This document shows, one piece after another, positions 49,452-59,183 of a stretch of 64,000 nt of DNA (position 1 is its first letter; every line of letters begins with the position of its first letter). Source of the stretch: an uncultured Candidatus Saccharibacteria bacterium (GTDB lineage Bacteria; Patescibacteriota; Minisyncoccia; Phycocordibacterales; CALRHW01); the NCBI GenBank assembly GCA_964407105.1, contig CAYOUG010000001.1, forward strand, positions 8,059-72,058, read 5' to 3'. The notes beneath the pieces are model-generated. The model searched no databases. It was given only the letters and a program-made list of their open reading frames with translations, and had not been told where the DNA came from. The position numbers were made by a program, and so were the translations under genes.

Positions 49452-50210
49452 TTAATTTTTTCTAATCTCTGTGTATAAAAATAGAGGAATCTCTTTTCGC
49501 ATTCTGTCTTCTTCTTTTTGTCTTACGCCCGATGCACTTTTTTTGTGAGAAATCCACTCTTCAAGACGTGTTAGAACAAAACCAGCAGATGTAAAAGCTT
49601 TTACATAAAATTGTAAAGGACGATGAAAAGAAATTGTTTCGATTTTTTCTTTTTTTCCTGGATGCATGTCAATAAACACTCGAGACTGAGATAAATAACT
49701 ATCAATACGACGATACTGTACAGAAGATGCATCATCCCAACCCCAAGCAGATGCTTTTGGAATTCTAAATGCTGGATGGTTCATCACAATGTGCACTGTG
49801 CCACCAGAAACGAGCACACGATTACATTCCATAAGCACTGCTTTTATTTCATCAATGTTTTGAATTGCAAGAACAAAAGAGATTTTATTAATTGATGCAC
49901 TTGCAATAGAACTTAAATCATTTGCTGAAGATATTATATACCGCACATGTGGTGGAGAATTTTTTTGAGCAATTTCAATAAGTTCTGAAGACACATCAAC
50001 ACCAATCACATGCTCTGTATTTTTTGCATATTCACGAGTAAAAAAACCCGTGCCACAAGCAAGATCAAGAACCTTGTCTTGCGCAGTGATTGCCATGAGT
50101 CTAATCATGTTTGGTAACAACACTTTTTGATGATAAGAATCATCGTCTCTCGAAAGATGTTCATCATACCAAGAGGCCACCCCTCCCCACGACGTGTCTT
50201 GTTTTTTCAT
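49452..50210 (-). CDS. class I SAM-dependent methyltransferase
   Basis: 252 aa; motif I VLDLACGTG. Confidence 0.8.
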   Translation of the reverse strand: MKKQDTSWGGVASWYDEHLSRDDDSYHQKVLLPNMIRLMAITAQDKVLDLACGTGFFTREYAKNTEHVIGVDVSSELIEIAQKNSPPHVRYIISSANDLSSIASASINKISFVLAIQNIDEIKAVLMECNRVLVSGGTVHIVMNHPAFRIPKASAWGWDDASSVQYRRIDSYLSQSRVFIDMHPGKKEKIETISFHRPLQFYVKAFTSAGFVLTRLEEWISHKKSASGVRQKEEDRMRKEIPLFLYTEIRKN

Positions 50211-50242
50211 AACGGCTAGTATATCACGAACACAATTTGTTG

Positions 50243-51037
50243 TTACTTTTTAGAATTTTGAATGCAAAGAGAAAGTGCTTCTGTTTGTGTCCATCCGCAT
50301 TCGCCATTATTTTGGAGCTTACATTCTGCTGCCGAATAACACGCATATTCGTTTTTAAATTCACAAGTACTTACTAAATCTTGATCAGCACAAAGCTGAC
50401 CACTACAACCAGTGGGACGACATTCTTTAGTTCCAGATGAGGCCCCATCAGAAACAAGTGCTGGATCAAAAATAATAGGAATTTCTATTTGGGCTGAATT
50501 TTCAATAAGACCAGACGGATTGTCTTTTTGAAGAACAAGGGTACCTTTTTTTGTGTTTACCTTACCAAACATCATTGATCCTGAAAACGGCACAAAATCT
50601 GTCGTCATCCATTCACCTTGCGCGGTAATTGGAATCACCGCTATTTCTTTACCATTTGCGTCAAGTAATTTAGCAGGAAAGGATCCTTCAAAAAACCACT
50701 GCCCACGTGCTTCACCAGAAATAGAAAATGGACTTGAAATAATTGCGTTTAATGTGGGTGACACAACACGAATCATGTCCTCAATACCAATCTTGGGTTT
50801 ATTTATATTTTTATCAATCTCGACTTCAGTACTAGATTTTTTTTCTTCTACAAATGTTTTACCGTCTGGGGTTTTACATTGACGTGGATCAGACTCCATC
50901 ACAGGAAATCCATTATCTACACAAGTAGCAAAGTCTCTAATTAAAACAATATCGCCACGTTCACGCATATAAAAAACAGCAACAAAAACAAGTACCAAAA
51001 ATACTATAAAAAAAAGAATAAAGATGGTTTTTTTCAC
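50243..51037 (-). CDS. hypothetical secreted protein (Gmad2-like Ig domain plus C-terminal Cys-rich domain)
   Basis: 264 aa; signal/TM segment; ...GQWFFEGSFPAKLLDANGKEIAVIPITAQGEW...; 8-Cys C-terminal module. Confidence 0.45.
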   Translation of the reverse strand: MKKTIFILFFIVFLVLVFVAVFYMRERGDIVLIRDFATCVDNGFPVMESDPRQCKTPDGKTFVEEKKSSTEVEIDKNINKPKIGIEDMIRVVSPTLNAIISSPFSISGEARGQWFFEGSFPAKLLDANGKEIAVIPITAQGEWMTTDFVPFSGSMMFGKVNTKKGTLVLQKDNPSGLIENSAQIEIPIIFDPALVSDGASSGTKECRPTGCSGQLCADQDLVSTCEFKNEYACYSAAECKLQNNGECGWTQTEALSLCIQNSKK

Positions 51038-51070
51038 ATCTTTATTATACTACACCGAAAAATGAAAAAA

Positions 51071-51463
51071 TTATGAACTAAAATCAACCTCAAATGGATA
51101 CATACCCATTCCACAAGTACCTTGAAGAGTAGAGACTGGTTGCACGCCAACATCTATATCTGTAGCACCAGACTGTGGCAGATTTTTGCTTATATTCATA
51201 TTAGCAATTCTCACAGACGCAGAACAATCAAATGTGCCGTTTGTAAAAAATCTTAATATTGTTGGAATTCCCGCTTTTGCGATACTTCTTTCTGGGAGAT
51301 ATCCACCTCTAGCCCTGATTTCAATAATTTGTTTTCCATCTACAATACTTACATTGTTTTCTGTGGTTTGTGCACCAACACCATTATTTTTTTTAGAAAC
51401 AATAATTGCTCCTCCAATAATAAGTGCGGCAATTAAAATTGATAATACTACTGTTGTTTTCAT
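51071..51463 (-). CDS. small secreted protein, possible metal-binding (CxMxM-type), in the copper operon
   Basis: 130 aa; signal peptide; C-terminal TCGMGMYPF. Sits in the operon with the HMA permease and copA. Confidence 0.4.
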   Translation of the reverse strand: MKTTVVLSILIAALIIGGAIIVSKKNNGVGAQTTENNVSIVDGKQIIEIRARGGYLPERSIAKAGIPTILRFFTNGTFDCSASVRIANMNISKNLPQSGATDIDVGVQPVSTLQGTCGMGMYPFEVDFSS

Positions 51464-51477
51464 GTGGACTTATTATA

Positions 51478-52509
51478 TTAAAAATTAAAGATTGATGGAA
51501 TGACCCCCAATACAACCAGGCTATTTATAAGATTGAAAATCGCAAACATAATTACAACAAGTCCCGCTGATTTAAAGAATATTCCAGACTTTGCACTGTT
51601 TTTTATACTAAACGAACTAAAACTTACTAGAGCAAGAACCGGAAAAGTGCCTAAAGCAAAAGCAAGCATTGTGAGTCCACCATTCCAAAAATTTCCAGTT
51701 GTAAGTGTGTAAAGTTGCATCGACTGAGTAAATCCGCATGGCAAAAAGAATGTGGCGATACCGACCAAAATGGGTGTGAGAGTATGATTAAATTTTGAAA
51801 TACCGTGAGCATGTTTTGCAATAAATTTCGGCATTGACGGTTGAAGTTTTTTGGCCCAAGGAAAAACATCAAGAAGATTAATACCGAGTATGAGCATCAC
51901 GAGACCGATAATTAAACTTAAAATAAATGTCGAGGAAGAGTTGAGAGTAAATGCCGAACCTATCGCACCGATTATTCCACCAAGAATAAAAAAGGATACA
52001 ATACGCCCAACATGAAACATAATTTGCGGTTTAATTTTATCTCCTTCTTTTGCAAAGGTGGCCGACATTGAAAGTACCAAACCGCCAACCACAGCCATGC
52101 AAGTAGAAAGAGAAGCAATAATACCAACCACAAAAGCGGTACCGTAAGTAACATTGCTGGTATTAATAAAATTAATTATTCCAATTTTTTGAAGTATCAC
52201 GAAAAATATACCGAAAAGTAAAGCGACGGGAATAGCAATTTTAAAATCTCCCCAATTTGCTATGTGCTGTTGCTTTTCAACAGAAACCGTATAGCCGTTT
52301 GGTTTTAATAAATCTGTAAACTCTTGTGCAATTTCCTCTGGAGTTTTATTTCCAAAATCTCCCCACACCTCAAGGGAGTGGTTTTTTAAACTTGAAACAA
52401 CCCGACTGATTTGGGGTAAATCTTTTAATGCACTTTCCATCACAAGCACACACGCGTTGCAATGCATACCGTGCACATGAAATTTATAATTTTGCGTTTG
52501 GTTAGACAT
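51478..52509 (-). CDS. heavy-metal-associated (HMA) domain fused to a multi-TM permease (DsbD/CcdA- or TauE-like)
   Basis: N-terminal HGMHCNAC metal-binding motif; about 8 TM helices. Confidence 0.55.
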   Translation of the reverse strand: MSNQTQNYKFHVHGMHCNACVLVMESALKDLPQISRVVSSLKNHSLEVWGDFGNKTPEEIAQEFTDLLKPNGYTVSVEKQQHIANWGDFKIAIPVALLFGIFFVILQKIGIINFINTSNVTYGTAFVVGIIASLSTCMAVVGGLVLSMSATFAKEGDKIKPQIMFHVGRIVSFFILGGIIGAIGSAFTLNSSSTFILSLIIGLVMLILGINLLDVFPWAKKLQPSMPKFIAKHAHGISKFNHTLTPILVGIATFFLPCGFTQSMQLYTLTTGNFWNGGLTMLAFALGTFPVLALVSFSSFSIKNSAKSGIFFKSAGLVVIMFAIFNLINSLVVLGVIPSIFNF

Positions 52510-52512
52510 AAA

Positions 52513-54735
52513 TTATTTTAATTTTTTTGTTTTTAATCGAAGTGAATTTGTAACTACTGATACACTGCTTCCCGCCATAGCAAGTCCCGCAAAAATCGGA
52601 TTGAGCACTATGCCCCATATTGGATAAAGTACACCAGCCGCAACAGGAATACCTATAACGTTATAAATAAATGCCCAAAAAAGATTTTGCTTTACTGTTC
52701 TCATCGTTGCTCGCGAGAGATCAAACGCTTGAGAAAGTTTGTTGATATCTCCATGAAGCAAAGTAATGCCGGCTGACTCAATTGCTATATCAGTACCCGT
52801 AGCCATTGCTATTCCAACATCAGCCTGCACCAAAGCTGGCGCATCATTTATTCCGTCTCCCGCCATCGCTACTTTTTTCCCTTCATCTTGAAGTTGTTTA
52901 ATTTTATTAGCTTTTTCAGCAGGCATTACTTCAGAAATAACGTTGTCGATGTTTGCTTGTTTTGCTATGTACTGCGCCGCTAAATGATTGTCACCAGTAA
53001 GCATTACAACCTTAATACCTCTTTTATGAAGTTTGGCAATCGCCTCTTTTGCTTCATTTTTTAAAGTATCAGAAAGTGCAACAAGTCCTATTTTTTTATC
53101 ATCAACCTCTACCACCACAACCGTTTTTCCTTGTTCTTGTAAGGCCGTCAATTTAATTTCTTTTTTGTCATTTTCATTTGGCTTATGCACGTAAACCAAC
53201 GCACCATCAACATTTGCTTTCACCCCCACGCCCTCAAGTGAAGAAAAATTTTCTGCTTTACTAAGAGAAAGTTTTTGTTCATCGGCTTTTAAAACAATAG
53301 CCTGAGCAAGTGGGTGTTCAGAAAGTTTTTCTACACTTGCAGTAAGTTGTAAAATTTGATTTTCATTCCATTTAGAATCAAGAACCACAATGTCTGTAAC
53401 TTCTGGTTTTCCTTTTGTTATAGTTCCTGTTTTATCAAGCACAATCGTATCCACCTTACTTAATTTTTCTAACGCTTCAGCGTTTTTAATAAGGATGCCA
53501 TACTCAGCGCCCTTACCAACGCCCACAATAATAGCTGTTGGTGTGGCAAGACCAAGCGCACACGGACAAGCAATCACCAAAATTCCTACGCACGACAAAA
53601 TACCATAAGATAGCGCCATAGAAAATCCTATCGTAGGAATTCCCACCGCAATCCACAAAACAAACGTAACCAGAGCAATTATTAAAACAACAGGTACAAA
53701 AATACTAGAAATTTTATCGGCGAGAGCCTGAATAGGCGCTTTTGAACCCTGAGCTTCTTCTACCATACGAATAATTTGTGAAAGCAGTGTGTCCTTACCT
53801 ATCTTTGTGGCGCCAAAAGTAAAGTGACCTTGTTTATTTATTGTGGCACCCACCACAAAATCTCCAATTTTTTTATCGACAGGAATCGGCTCTCCACTAA
53901 TCATAGATTCATCAACAGAAGAATGTCCTTCAATAATTTTGCCATCAACAGGAATTTTTGCCCCCGGTTTTACAATTACAGCATCTCCTTCATGAACATC
54001 GTTTATAGAAATCTCAACTTCTTTTCCATCACGAAAAACAAGCGCCGTCTTTGCTTGCAATCCCAATAATTTTTCAATAGCTTCGCCGGTGCGAAGTTTG
54101 GACCGTGCTTCAAGATATTTTCCAAGGGTTACAAAACCTATCACAACTATTGTTACATCAAAATATGTGTATTCTGGTAAACCAAGTGATTCTCTTATTT
54201 GGGGTAAAAGGACGACCGCAACGCTATATACGTACGCGGTGAGAGTACCTATGCCGATAAGTGTGTCCATGTTTGCAACACGATATAAAACAAATCTTTT
54301 AACCCCCCGCAAAAATGGCTGTCCTATCCAAAAAAGTACTATTGTGGCCAATATCATTCCAACTATATTAAAAAGCATCATTGATATTGGAAGGCTTGGA
54401 ATAAATGAAAATGTTTTTGCTGCTATATCCCAAAGCATTAAAACAAACACAACAAGAGCAATGGGAAAAACAAATTGCATCTTTACTTTCATTTTGGAAA
54501 GTTCTTTGTTTTTGTCCTCTTTTGGTTGATCAACAAATTTGTATCCAAGCTTTTCAATTTCTTTATTCATTTTTTCAACAGAAATTTTTTGTGGATCAAA
54601 ATTAATGCTCGCTTTTTCTGTAGCAAAATTAACATCTATTTTTTTCACCCCATCTAATCCTAAAACTGTTTGAGAAATTATGGCCGAACAACTTGCGCAA
54701 TGCATTCCCTCAATTTTTAAAGTCTGATTATTCAT
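52513..54735 (-). CDS. copA: copper-translocating P1B-type ATPase
   Basis: 740 aa; N-terminal HMA (GMHCASC); CPC in TM6; DKTGT; GDGINDAP. Confidence 0.9.
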   Translation of the reverse strand: MNNQTLKIEGMHCASCSAIISQTVLGLDGVKKIDVNFATEKASINFDPQKISVEKMNKEIEKLGYKFVDQPKEDKNKELSKMKVKMQFVFPIALVVFVLMLWDIAAKTFSFIPSLPISMMLFNIVGMILATIVLFWIGQPFLRGVKRFVLYRVANMDTLIGIGTLTAYVYSVAVVLLPQIRESLGLPEYTYFDVTIVVIGFVTLGKYLEARSKLRTGEAIEKLLGLQAKTALVFRDGKEVEISINDVHEGDAVIVKPGAKIPVDGKIIEGHSSVDESMISGEPIPVDKKIGDFVVGATINKQGHFTFGATKIGKDTLLSQIIRMVEEAQGSKAPIQALADKISSIFVPVVLIIALVTFVLWIAVGIPTIGFSMALSYGILSCVGILVIACPCALGLATPTAIIVGVGKGAEYGILIKNAEALEKLSKVDTIVLDKTGTITKGKPEVTDIVVLDSKWNENQILQLTASVEKLSEHPLAQAIVLKADEQKLSLSKAENFSSLEGVGVKANVDGALVYVHKPNENDKKEIKLTALQEQGKTVVVVEVDDKKIGLVALSDTLKNEAKEAIAKLHKRGIKVVMLTGDNHLAAQYIAKQANIDNVISEVMPAEKANKIKQLQDEGKKVAMAGDGINDAPALVQADVGIAMATGTDIAIESAGITLLHGDINKLSQAFDLSRATMRTVKQNLFWAFIYNVIGIPVAAGVLYPIWGIVLNPIFAGLAMAGSSVSVVTNSLRLKTKKLK

Positions 54736-54756
54736 ATAAAAAATGTATATGTCGAT

Positions 54757-55008
54757 TTATTTCCTCTTAAGTTTATAGACCTTAAGAATCTCTTCTTTTG
54801 CTTTCTCGGTTTGTCCTTTGGTAACCTGATTTAAAACACAACTACCCAAATGGTTTTCAAGAAGCAGATCTTCTACATTTGAAAGAGCTTGTTTTACAGC
54901 AGACGTTTGAGTAATAACATCAATACAATAAGTATTATTTTCAATCATTTTTTGAAGACCGCGCACCTGACCCTCAACAAGTTTTAATCGACGAATAATT
55001 TTTTTCAT
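54757..55008 (-). CDS. csoR: CsoR/RcnR-family metal-sensing transcriptional repressor
   Basis: 83 aa; RLKLVEGQVRGLQKMIENNTYCIDVITQTSAV...H...C. This is the W-X-Y-Z fingerprint of DUF156. Confidence 0.85.
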   Translation of the reverse strand: MKKIIRRLKLVEGQVRGLQKMIENNTYCIDVITQTSAVKQALSNVEDLLLENHLGSCVLNQVTKGQTEKAKEEILKVYKLKRK

Positions 55009-55020
55009 ACCAATATTCTA

Positions 55021-55043
55021 TACCCCCCAAGGGGTATGTGTCA
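55021..55043. promoter_or_regulatory. CsoR-type operator palindrome (ATACCCC-N-GGGGTAT) overlapping the csoR promoter
   Basis: ctataccccccaaggggtatgtg lies 13 nt upstream of the csoR start. A minus-strand TTGCAA-16-TAAATT promoter sits just upstream. Confidence 0.6.
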
Positions 55044-55064
55044 ATTTAGTATCATAAGAGAAAG

Positions 55065-55242
55065 TTGCAAAATTGGTGCTGCCGATCAGGGACTCTCGGC
55101 TACCGCCGCGGGTGCTTTTCGGTCTCGCATGCGAGTACGCACACTCGACAACGAAAAGCCTTTCGAGTCCCTGACGAAAGTGCCGCGGGGCACTTTCTAT
55201 CGCCAGCACTCCGCTTCGCTACGTGCTGCCGATCAGGGACTC
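55065..55242. repeat. 20-bp direct repeats (gtgctgccgatcagggactc) duplicating the 3' end of tRNA-Gln, flanking ~140 bp of hairpin-rich DNA (att-like scar)
   Basis: Identical 20-mers at 55065-55084 and 55223-55242. The second is the 3' end of the tRNA gene. The interval has inverted repeats (cagggactc/gagtccctg; gaaagtgcc/ggcactttc). Confidence 0.6.
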
Positions 55243-55296
55243 GAACCCCAATTAACCGCTCCAGAGGCGGTCGTCCTACCATTAGACGAATCGGCA
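55226..55296 (-). tRNA. tRNA-Gln (anticodon CTG), U1-A72
   Basis: Reverse complement TGCCGATTCGTCTAATGGTAGGACGACCGCCTCTGGAGCGGTTAATTGGGGTTCGAGTCCCTGATCGGCAG. Anticodon loop CTCTGGA; a T-stem with two G-U pairs lowers confidence. Confidence 0.65.
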
Positions 55297-55344
55297 ATAA
55301 ACCTTACGATACTTTAAAAATAGCCTTTTTTCAAGCAAACAAAA

Positions 55345-55372
55345 ACCGGCCTCGGGGGTCGGTTTTTTGCGA
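55345..55372. terminator. bidirectional hairpin terminator (aaaaccggcctcgggggtcggtttttt)
   Basis: Palindromic GC stem flanked by an A-run and a T-run. Lies downstream of the 70-aa gene on the minus strand. Confidence 0.55.
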
Positions 55373-55397
55373 CAAAAATTGTGTCGCGTTTGTTTCG

Positions 55398-55610
55398 TTA
55401 TCGGATGGTTGCACCACGCTCGTTCAGAACGAGCCGTCCGAAGTCATCAACGTAAGAACGTTTTTCTGGGTCATACCTCAATCCACGCGCCTCAGCCGCT
55501 TCAACGTTGCGAGGATGCTCTGGTCTCAAACTCGCACAAAAAACTGGTTGGGGTTTTGTTGCAGGTTTCTGTGTTGCTGACTTCGGATTCGGAGTCTTCT
55601 TCGTCGTCAT
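55398..55610 (-). CDS. hypothetical small basic protein (70 aa), GC-rich
   Basis: SD aaaggaaa 6 nt upstream of the ATG; followed by the terminator hairpin. About 55% GC. Confidence 0.45.
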   Translation of the reverse strand: MTTKKTPNPKSATQKPATKPQPVFCASLRPEHPRNVEAAEARGLRYDPEKRSYVDDFGRLVLNERGATIR

Positions 55611-55681
55611 ACAGTTTCCTTTCTTTTGTACACACCCAAAAAAACTGTATCAGATTAAATAATAATTGTCTACACAAAAAA

Positions 55682-57355
55682 CTATTTCTTCTTCTTTAAA
55701 AGTGCTGCTCGTATAAAAGCAGTGAAAAGTGGATGCGGATCAAGTGGACGCGCTTGAAATTCTGGATGAAACTGTACACCAACAAAAAATGGATGAACAC
55801 TTCGTGGAAGCTCAGCTATTTCCATAAGCTGACGACTTGGTGATACACCAGAAAAAACTAGGCCAGCATTAGTGAGTTGCTCAACATACGCCGGATTTAC
55901 CTCAAAACGATGTCTATGACGCTCAGAAATTTCTTCGCAACCATATGCTTCTTGAGCAATCGTTCCTTTTGTAAGAACAGCCGCACACGCGCCGAGTCGC
56001 ATCGTGGCACCATATGCACCATCTTTCATGTGTTTTTCTTGCTCAGGCATTATGTAAATAACGGGATGTGGTGTTTTAGGATTTACTTCGGTGGTATGAG
56101 CATCTTTAAGGCCCGCCACATGGCGCGCGTATTCTATAACTGCAAGTTGCATACCGTAACACAAACCATAAAAAGGAATTTTTTCTTTGCGCACGTACTC
56201 AATAACTTTTATTTTCCCTTCAACGCCAGTAGAACCAAAACCACCCGGCACAAGAACGCCGTCATATTTTTTAAGTACGTTTAATTTTGTTTTTCCGATT
56301 TCAAAATCTTTTGCGCTTAAATAATGAATAACAGGTTTTACACCAAGAGAATATGCAGAAAATTTTATTGCGTGAATAACAGAAAGATAAGCATCAGAAA
56401 GAGAAAATTCACCTGAATCAAAATATTTTCCAACCATAGCAATATGCACTTCACCATTGCCATTTTTTACGTGAGCCACAAATTTTTTCCATTCATTCAA
56501 ATCGCCAACTTTATTTTTTGGTGTAAGTGAAAGTGTTTTACAAAGAATATCGCTCAAGTGATCACGTTCAAAATTGATAGGAACATCATAAATACTATCT
56601 ACGTCTGGTGCAGAAATAACATGATCTGGATGAATATTACAAAAAAGCGCAATTTTATCTTTTCGTTTTTGATCAAGCGAAACTTCACTACGAGCGATAA
56701 TGATATCTGCTTGAACTCCAACGCTATTTAGGGAACGCGCCGCGTATTGCGTTGGTTTAGTTTTCATTTCACCAATCTTGCTAGGCATTGGTAAATAAGA
56801 GACCATTACAACAGCAACATCATTCCAATTTTTTGCCTTCATCATTCGCGCCGCTTCCAAAAATAAAATATTTTGGTACTCACCTATCGTGCCTCCTATT
56901 TCTATCACCGTTACATCAGCATTTGCATTTTCAGCAGCAACCTCAATACGACGTATCACTTCAAAAGGCACGTCTGGCACCACCTCGACCGTCTTTCCTT
57001 TATATTCCAAATTACGTTCTTTACGTATCACTTCCTGATATACCCGACCGGTCGTCATGTAATTTATACGAGTAAGATCGATATTTAAAAAACGTTCATA
57101 ATTACCCATATCTTGATCCGTCTCATCTCCATCTTTTAAAACAAATACTTCGCCGTGTTCTGTGGGATTCATTGTTCCGGCGTCCATGTTTATATACGGA
57201 TCAATTTTAAGAGCGGTAACAGAAAAACCACGCGCCTTTAAAATAAGAGCGATAGAAGAAGCCGCGACACCCTTGCCCACCCCAGACATAACACCTCCGG
57301 TGACGAAGATATATTTTCTGATTTTCTGTGTAACTTGTGTTTTCTGTGTTTTCAT
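55682..57355 (-). CDS. pyrG: CTP synthase
   Basis: 557 aa; N-terminal synthase domain and C-terminal glutamine amidotransferase domain. Confidence 0.95.
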   Translation of the reverse strand: MKTQKTQVTQKIRKYIFVTGGVMSGVGKGVAASSIALILKARGFSVTALKIDPYINMDAGTMNPTEHGEVFVLKDGDETDQDMGNYERFLNIDLTRINYMTTGRVYQEVIRKERNLEYKGKTVEVVPDVPFEVIRRIEVAAENANADVTVIEIGGTIGEYQNILFLEAARMMKAKNWNDVAVVMVSYLPMPSKIGEMKTKPTQYAARSLNSVGVQADIIIARSEVSLDQKRKDKIALFCNIHPDHVISAPDVDSIYDVPINFERDHLSDILCKTLSLTPKNKVGDLNEWKKFVAHVKNGNGEVHIAMVGKYFDSGEFSLSDAYLSVIHAIKFSAYSLGVKPVIHYLSAKDFEIGKTKLNVLKKYDGVLVPGGFGSTGVEGKIKVIEYVRKEKIPFYGLCYGMQLAVIEYARHVAGLKDAHTTEVNPKTPHPVIYIMPEQEKHMKDGAYGATMRLGACAAVLTKGTIAQEAYGCEEISERHRHRFEVNPAYVEQLTNAGLVFSGVSPSRQLMEIAELPRSVHPFFVGVQFHPEFQARPLDPHPLFTAFIRAALLKKKK

Positions 57356-57376
57356 ATCTTCGTAAGATATTAAATA

Positions 57377-58303
57377 TTAAATTTTTAGGTATCTCCTTAC
57401 TGCCAGATAACTTGAAACCGCACCAATAAAAATACCAGAACCAATTACAATCAAGAAAATCTGACCGAAATTTGAAATGTAATAATCAAAAACATTTAAA
57501 CCAACAAAAAAATCTTTGGTCACTCCTCCGAGCCAAAGTGTTAGTGGATAAAAAATACAGAGAGTAATGATGCCAGCAAGAGCACCATACATAATACCAC
57601 TCACAACAAATGGACCACGAATATAAAGTGCGCTTGCCCCCACAAGACGCATCACAGAAATTTCTTCTCGAGAAATAAAAATCACCAAACGAATTGTGTT
57701 AAACGTAATTAAAATAGAAATAACAACCAATATCAGTGTAAACGCAAAACCAAAACGATTTGCGGCTGAAATAATTTGAGTAAGTTTGTTAATCGAGTCT
57801 TTGTTTTTAAAATAATTTACATTATCAACAATGGGTGCACCATTTTTTGCAAGAATATTTTCTCCCTGCAAAAACGTAGCGATACCCTCATACTGCTGTG
57901 GCTCTTTTGCTTTTATGTTTATTTTAGCGCCAAGAGGATTTTGACCGAGCTCATCTAAAGCCTGAAGTGTAAATGCATCGTTTTCATGACGTTTACGAAA
58001 ATCTGCAAGCTCTTGTTCACGAGACACGTATGTTGCGGTCGATACCTCAGGTAATTTTTCAATAGAACTTTTTATAGCCAGAATATCTTCTTCTTGTGCG
58101 GTGGTTAAAAAATAAACATTTACGTCAACCTTGTTACGAATTTCTTCAAGACTCTTATTTAGAATTGCACCAAAAAAAACTACCGAACCAATGACGGAAA
58201 GTGTCACTATCATTACAAGTATCGAAGAAAGTGAAACGAAACCGTTGCGGAAAAAACTAAAAAATCCAGACTTAATGATGCGTTTTAAATTGGTCCTAAA
58301 CAT
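57377..58303 (-). CDS. ftsX: cell-division ABC transporter permease FtsX
   Basis: 308 aa; 4 TM helices with a large periplasmic loop. Confidence 0.88.
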   Translation of the reverse strand: MFRTNLKRIIKSGFFSFFRNGFVSLSSILVMIVTLSVIGSVVFFGAILNKSLEEIRNKVDVNVYFLTTAQEEDILAIKSSIEKLPEVSTATYVSREQELADFRKRHENDAFTLQALDELGQNPLGAKINIKAKEPQQYEGIATFLQGENILAKNGAPIVDNVNYFKNKDSINKLTQIISAANRFGFAFTLILVVISILITFNTIRLVIFISREEISVMRLVGASALYIRGPFVVSGIMYGALAGIITLCIFYPLTLWLGGVTKDFFVGLNVFDYYISNFGQIFLIVIGSGIFIGAVSSYLAVRRYLKI

Positions 58304-58311
58304 GAGACTTA

Positions 58312-58992
58312 TTATATTACATATCTACCCTCTTTGTCGTCTCGAATAATACGTCCGTTTTCCATCGTTATAACACGACGACTAAGTGAATCGATGACTC
58401 CTTTGTTGTGTGTTGTGAGAATTACCATTGTCCCAAGATCGTTTATCTTTTTCAAAATTTGCACTATTTCATAAGTATTAACCGGATCAAGATTGCCGGT
58501 GGGTTCATCTGCAATAATAATATCTGGCTGATTAACTATCGCCCGAGCTATTGCTACACGCTGTTTTTCTCCACCAGATAGTTCGTGAGGAAAATTCCAA
58601 ATTTTATTACCAAGATCGACTAAATTTAGAACGTGTGGCACGTCGGCCTGAATTTCATCTTCAGCTCTACCAGCCGCCTCCATCGCAAACGAAATATTTT
58701 CAAACACCGTTTTATCCGGCAACAACCTATAATCCTGAAACACCACTCCTATTCGGCGGCGATAATTATTTATCTCTCTTGCACGCAAAGAATGAATGTC
58801 GGTTGATTCAATAAAAACCCTACCTTCGGTGGGTTTTTCTTCAGCCAAAAGCATTTTTAAAAGAGTGGTCTTTCCGGCACCAGAGTGACCGACAATAGAA
58901 ACAAACTCTTGGGGTTCAATAGAAAAAGTAATACCCTCTAGAGCAATCGAGTTGTCTGAATATATTTTTGAAACCTTGTCGAAATAAATCAT
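58312..58992 (-). CDS. ftsE: cell-division ABC transporter ATP-binding protein FtsE
   Basis: 226 aa; Walker A GHSGAGKTT; signature LSGGEKQR. Confidence 0.9.
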   Translation of the reverse strand: MIYFDKVSKIYSDNSIALEGITFSIEPQEFVSIVGHSGAGKTTLLKMLLAEEKPTEGRVFIESTDIHSLRAREINNYRRRIGVVFQDYRLLPDKTVFENISFAMEAAGRAEDEIQADVPHVLNLVDLGNKIWNFPHELSGGEKQRVAIARAIVNQPDIIIADEPTGNLDPVNTYEIVQILKKINDLGTMVILTTHNKGVIDSLSRRVITMENGRIIRDDKEGRYVI

Positions 58993-59049
58993 GAATTGTT
59001 ACTTTCGTGCTTAGTATATCATCAAAAAGAAATTAGAAAAAACTGTTCA

Positions 59050-59168
59050 AAAAAAGCAGAGAAATGTGTGTTTTCTCAGCACGCGTCAAAGCCTGCTGGC
59101 TTTGCTGCTCCGCTCGGCGCCGTCGCGCCTGCGCGAGTCTTCGTAAACACACATTTCTCTGCTTTTTT
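59050..59168. repeat. nested-hairpin intergenic repeat element, family 2, copy C
   Basis: Arms aaaaaagcagagaaatgtgtgttt/aaacacacatttctctgctttttt flank the core ...aagcctgctggctttgctgctccgctcggcgccgtcgcgcctgcgcgag. Lies downstream of prfB. Confidence 0.7.
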
Positions 59169-59183
59169 TGATTTTTTTGATTT

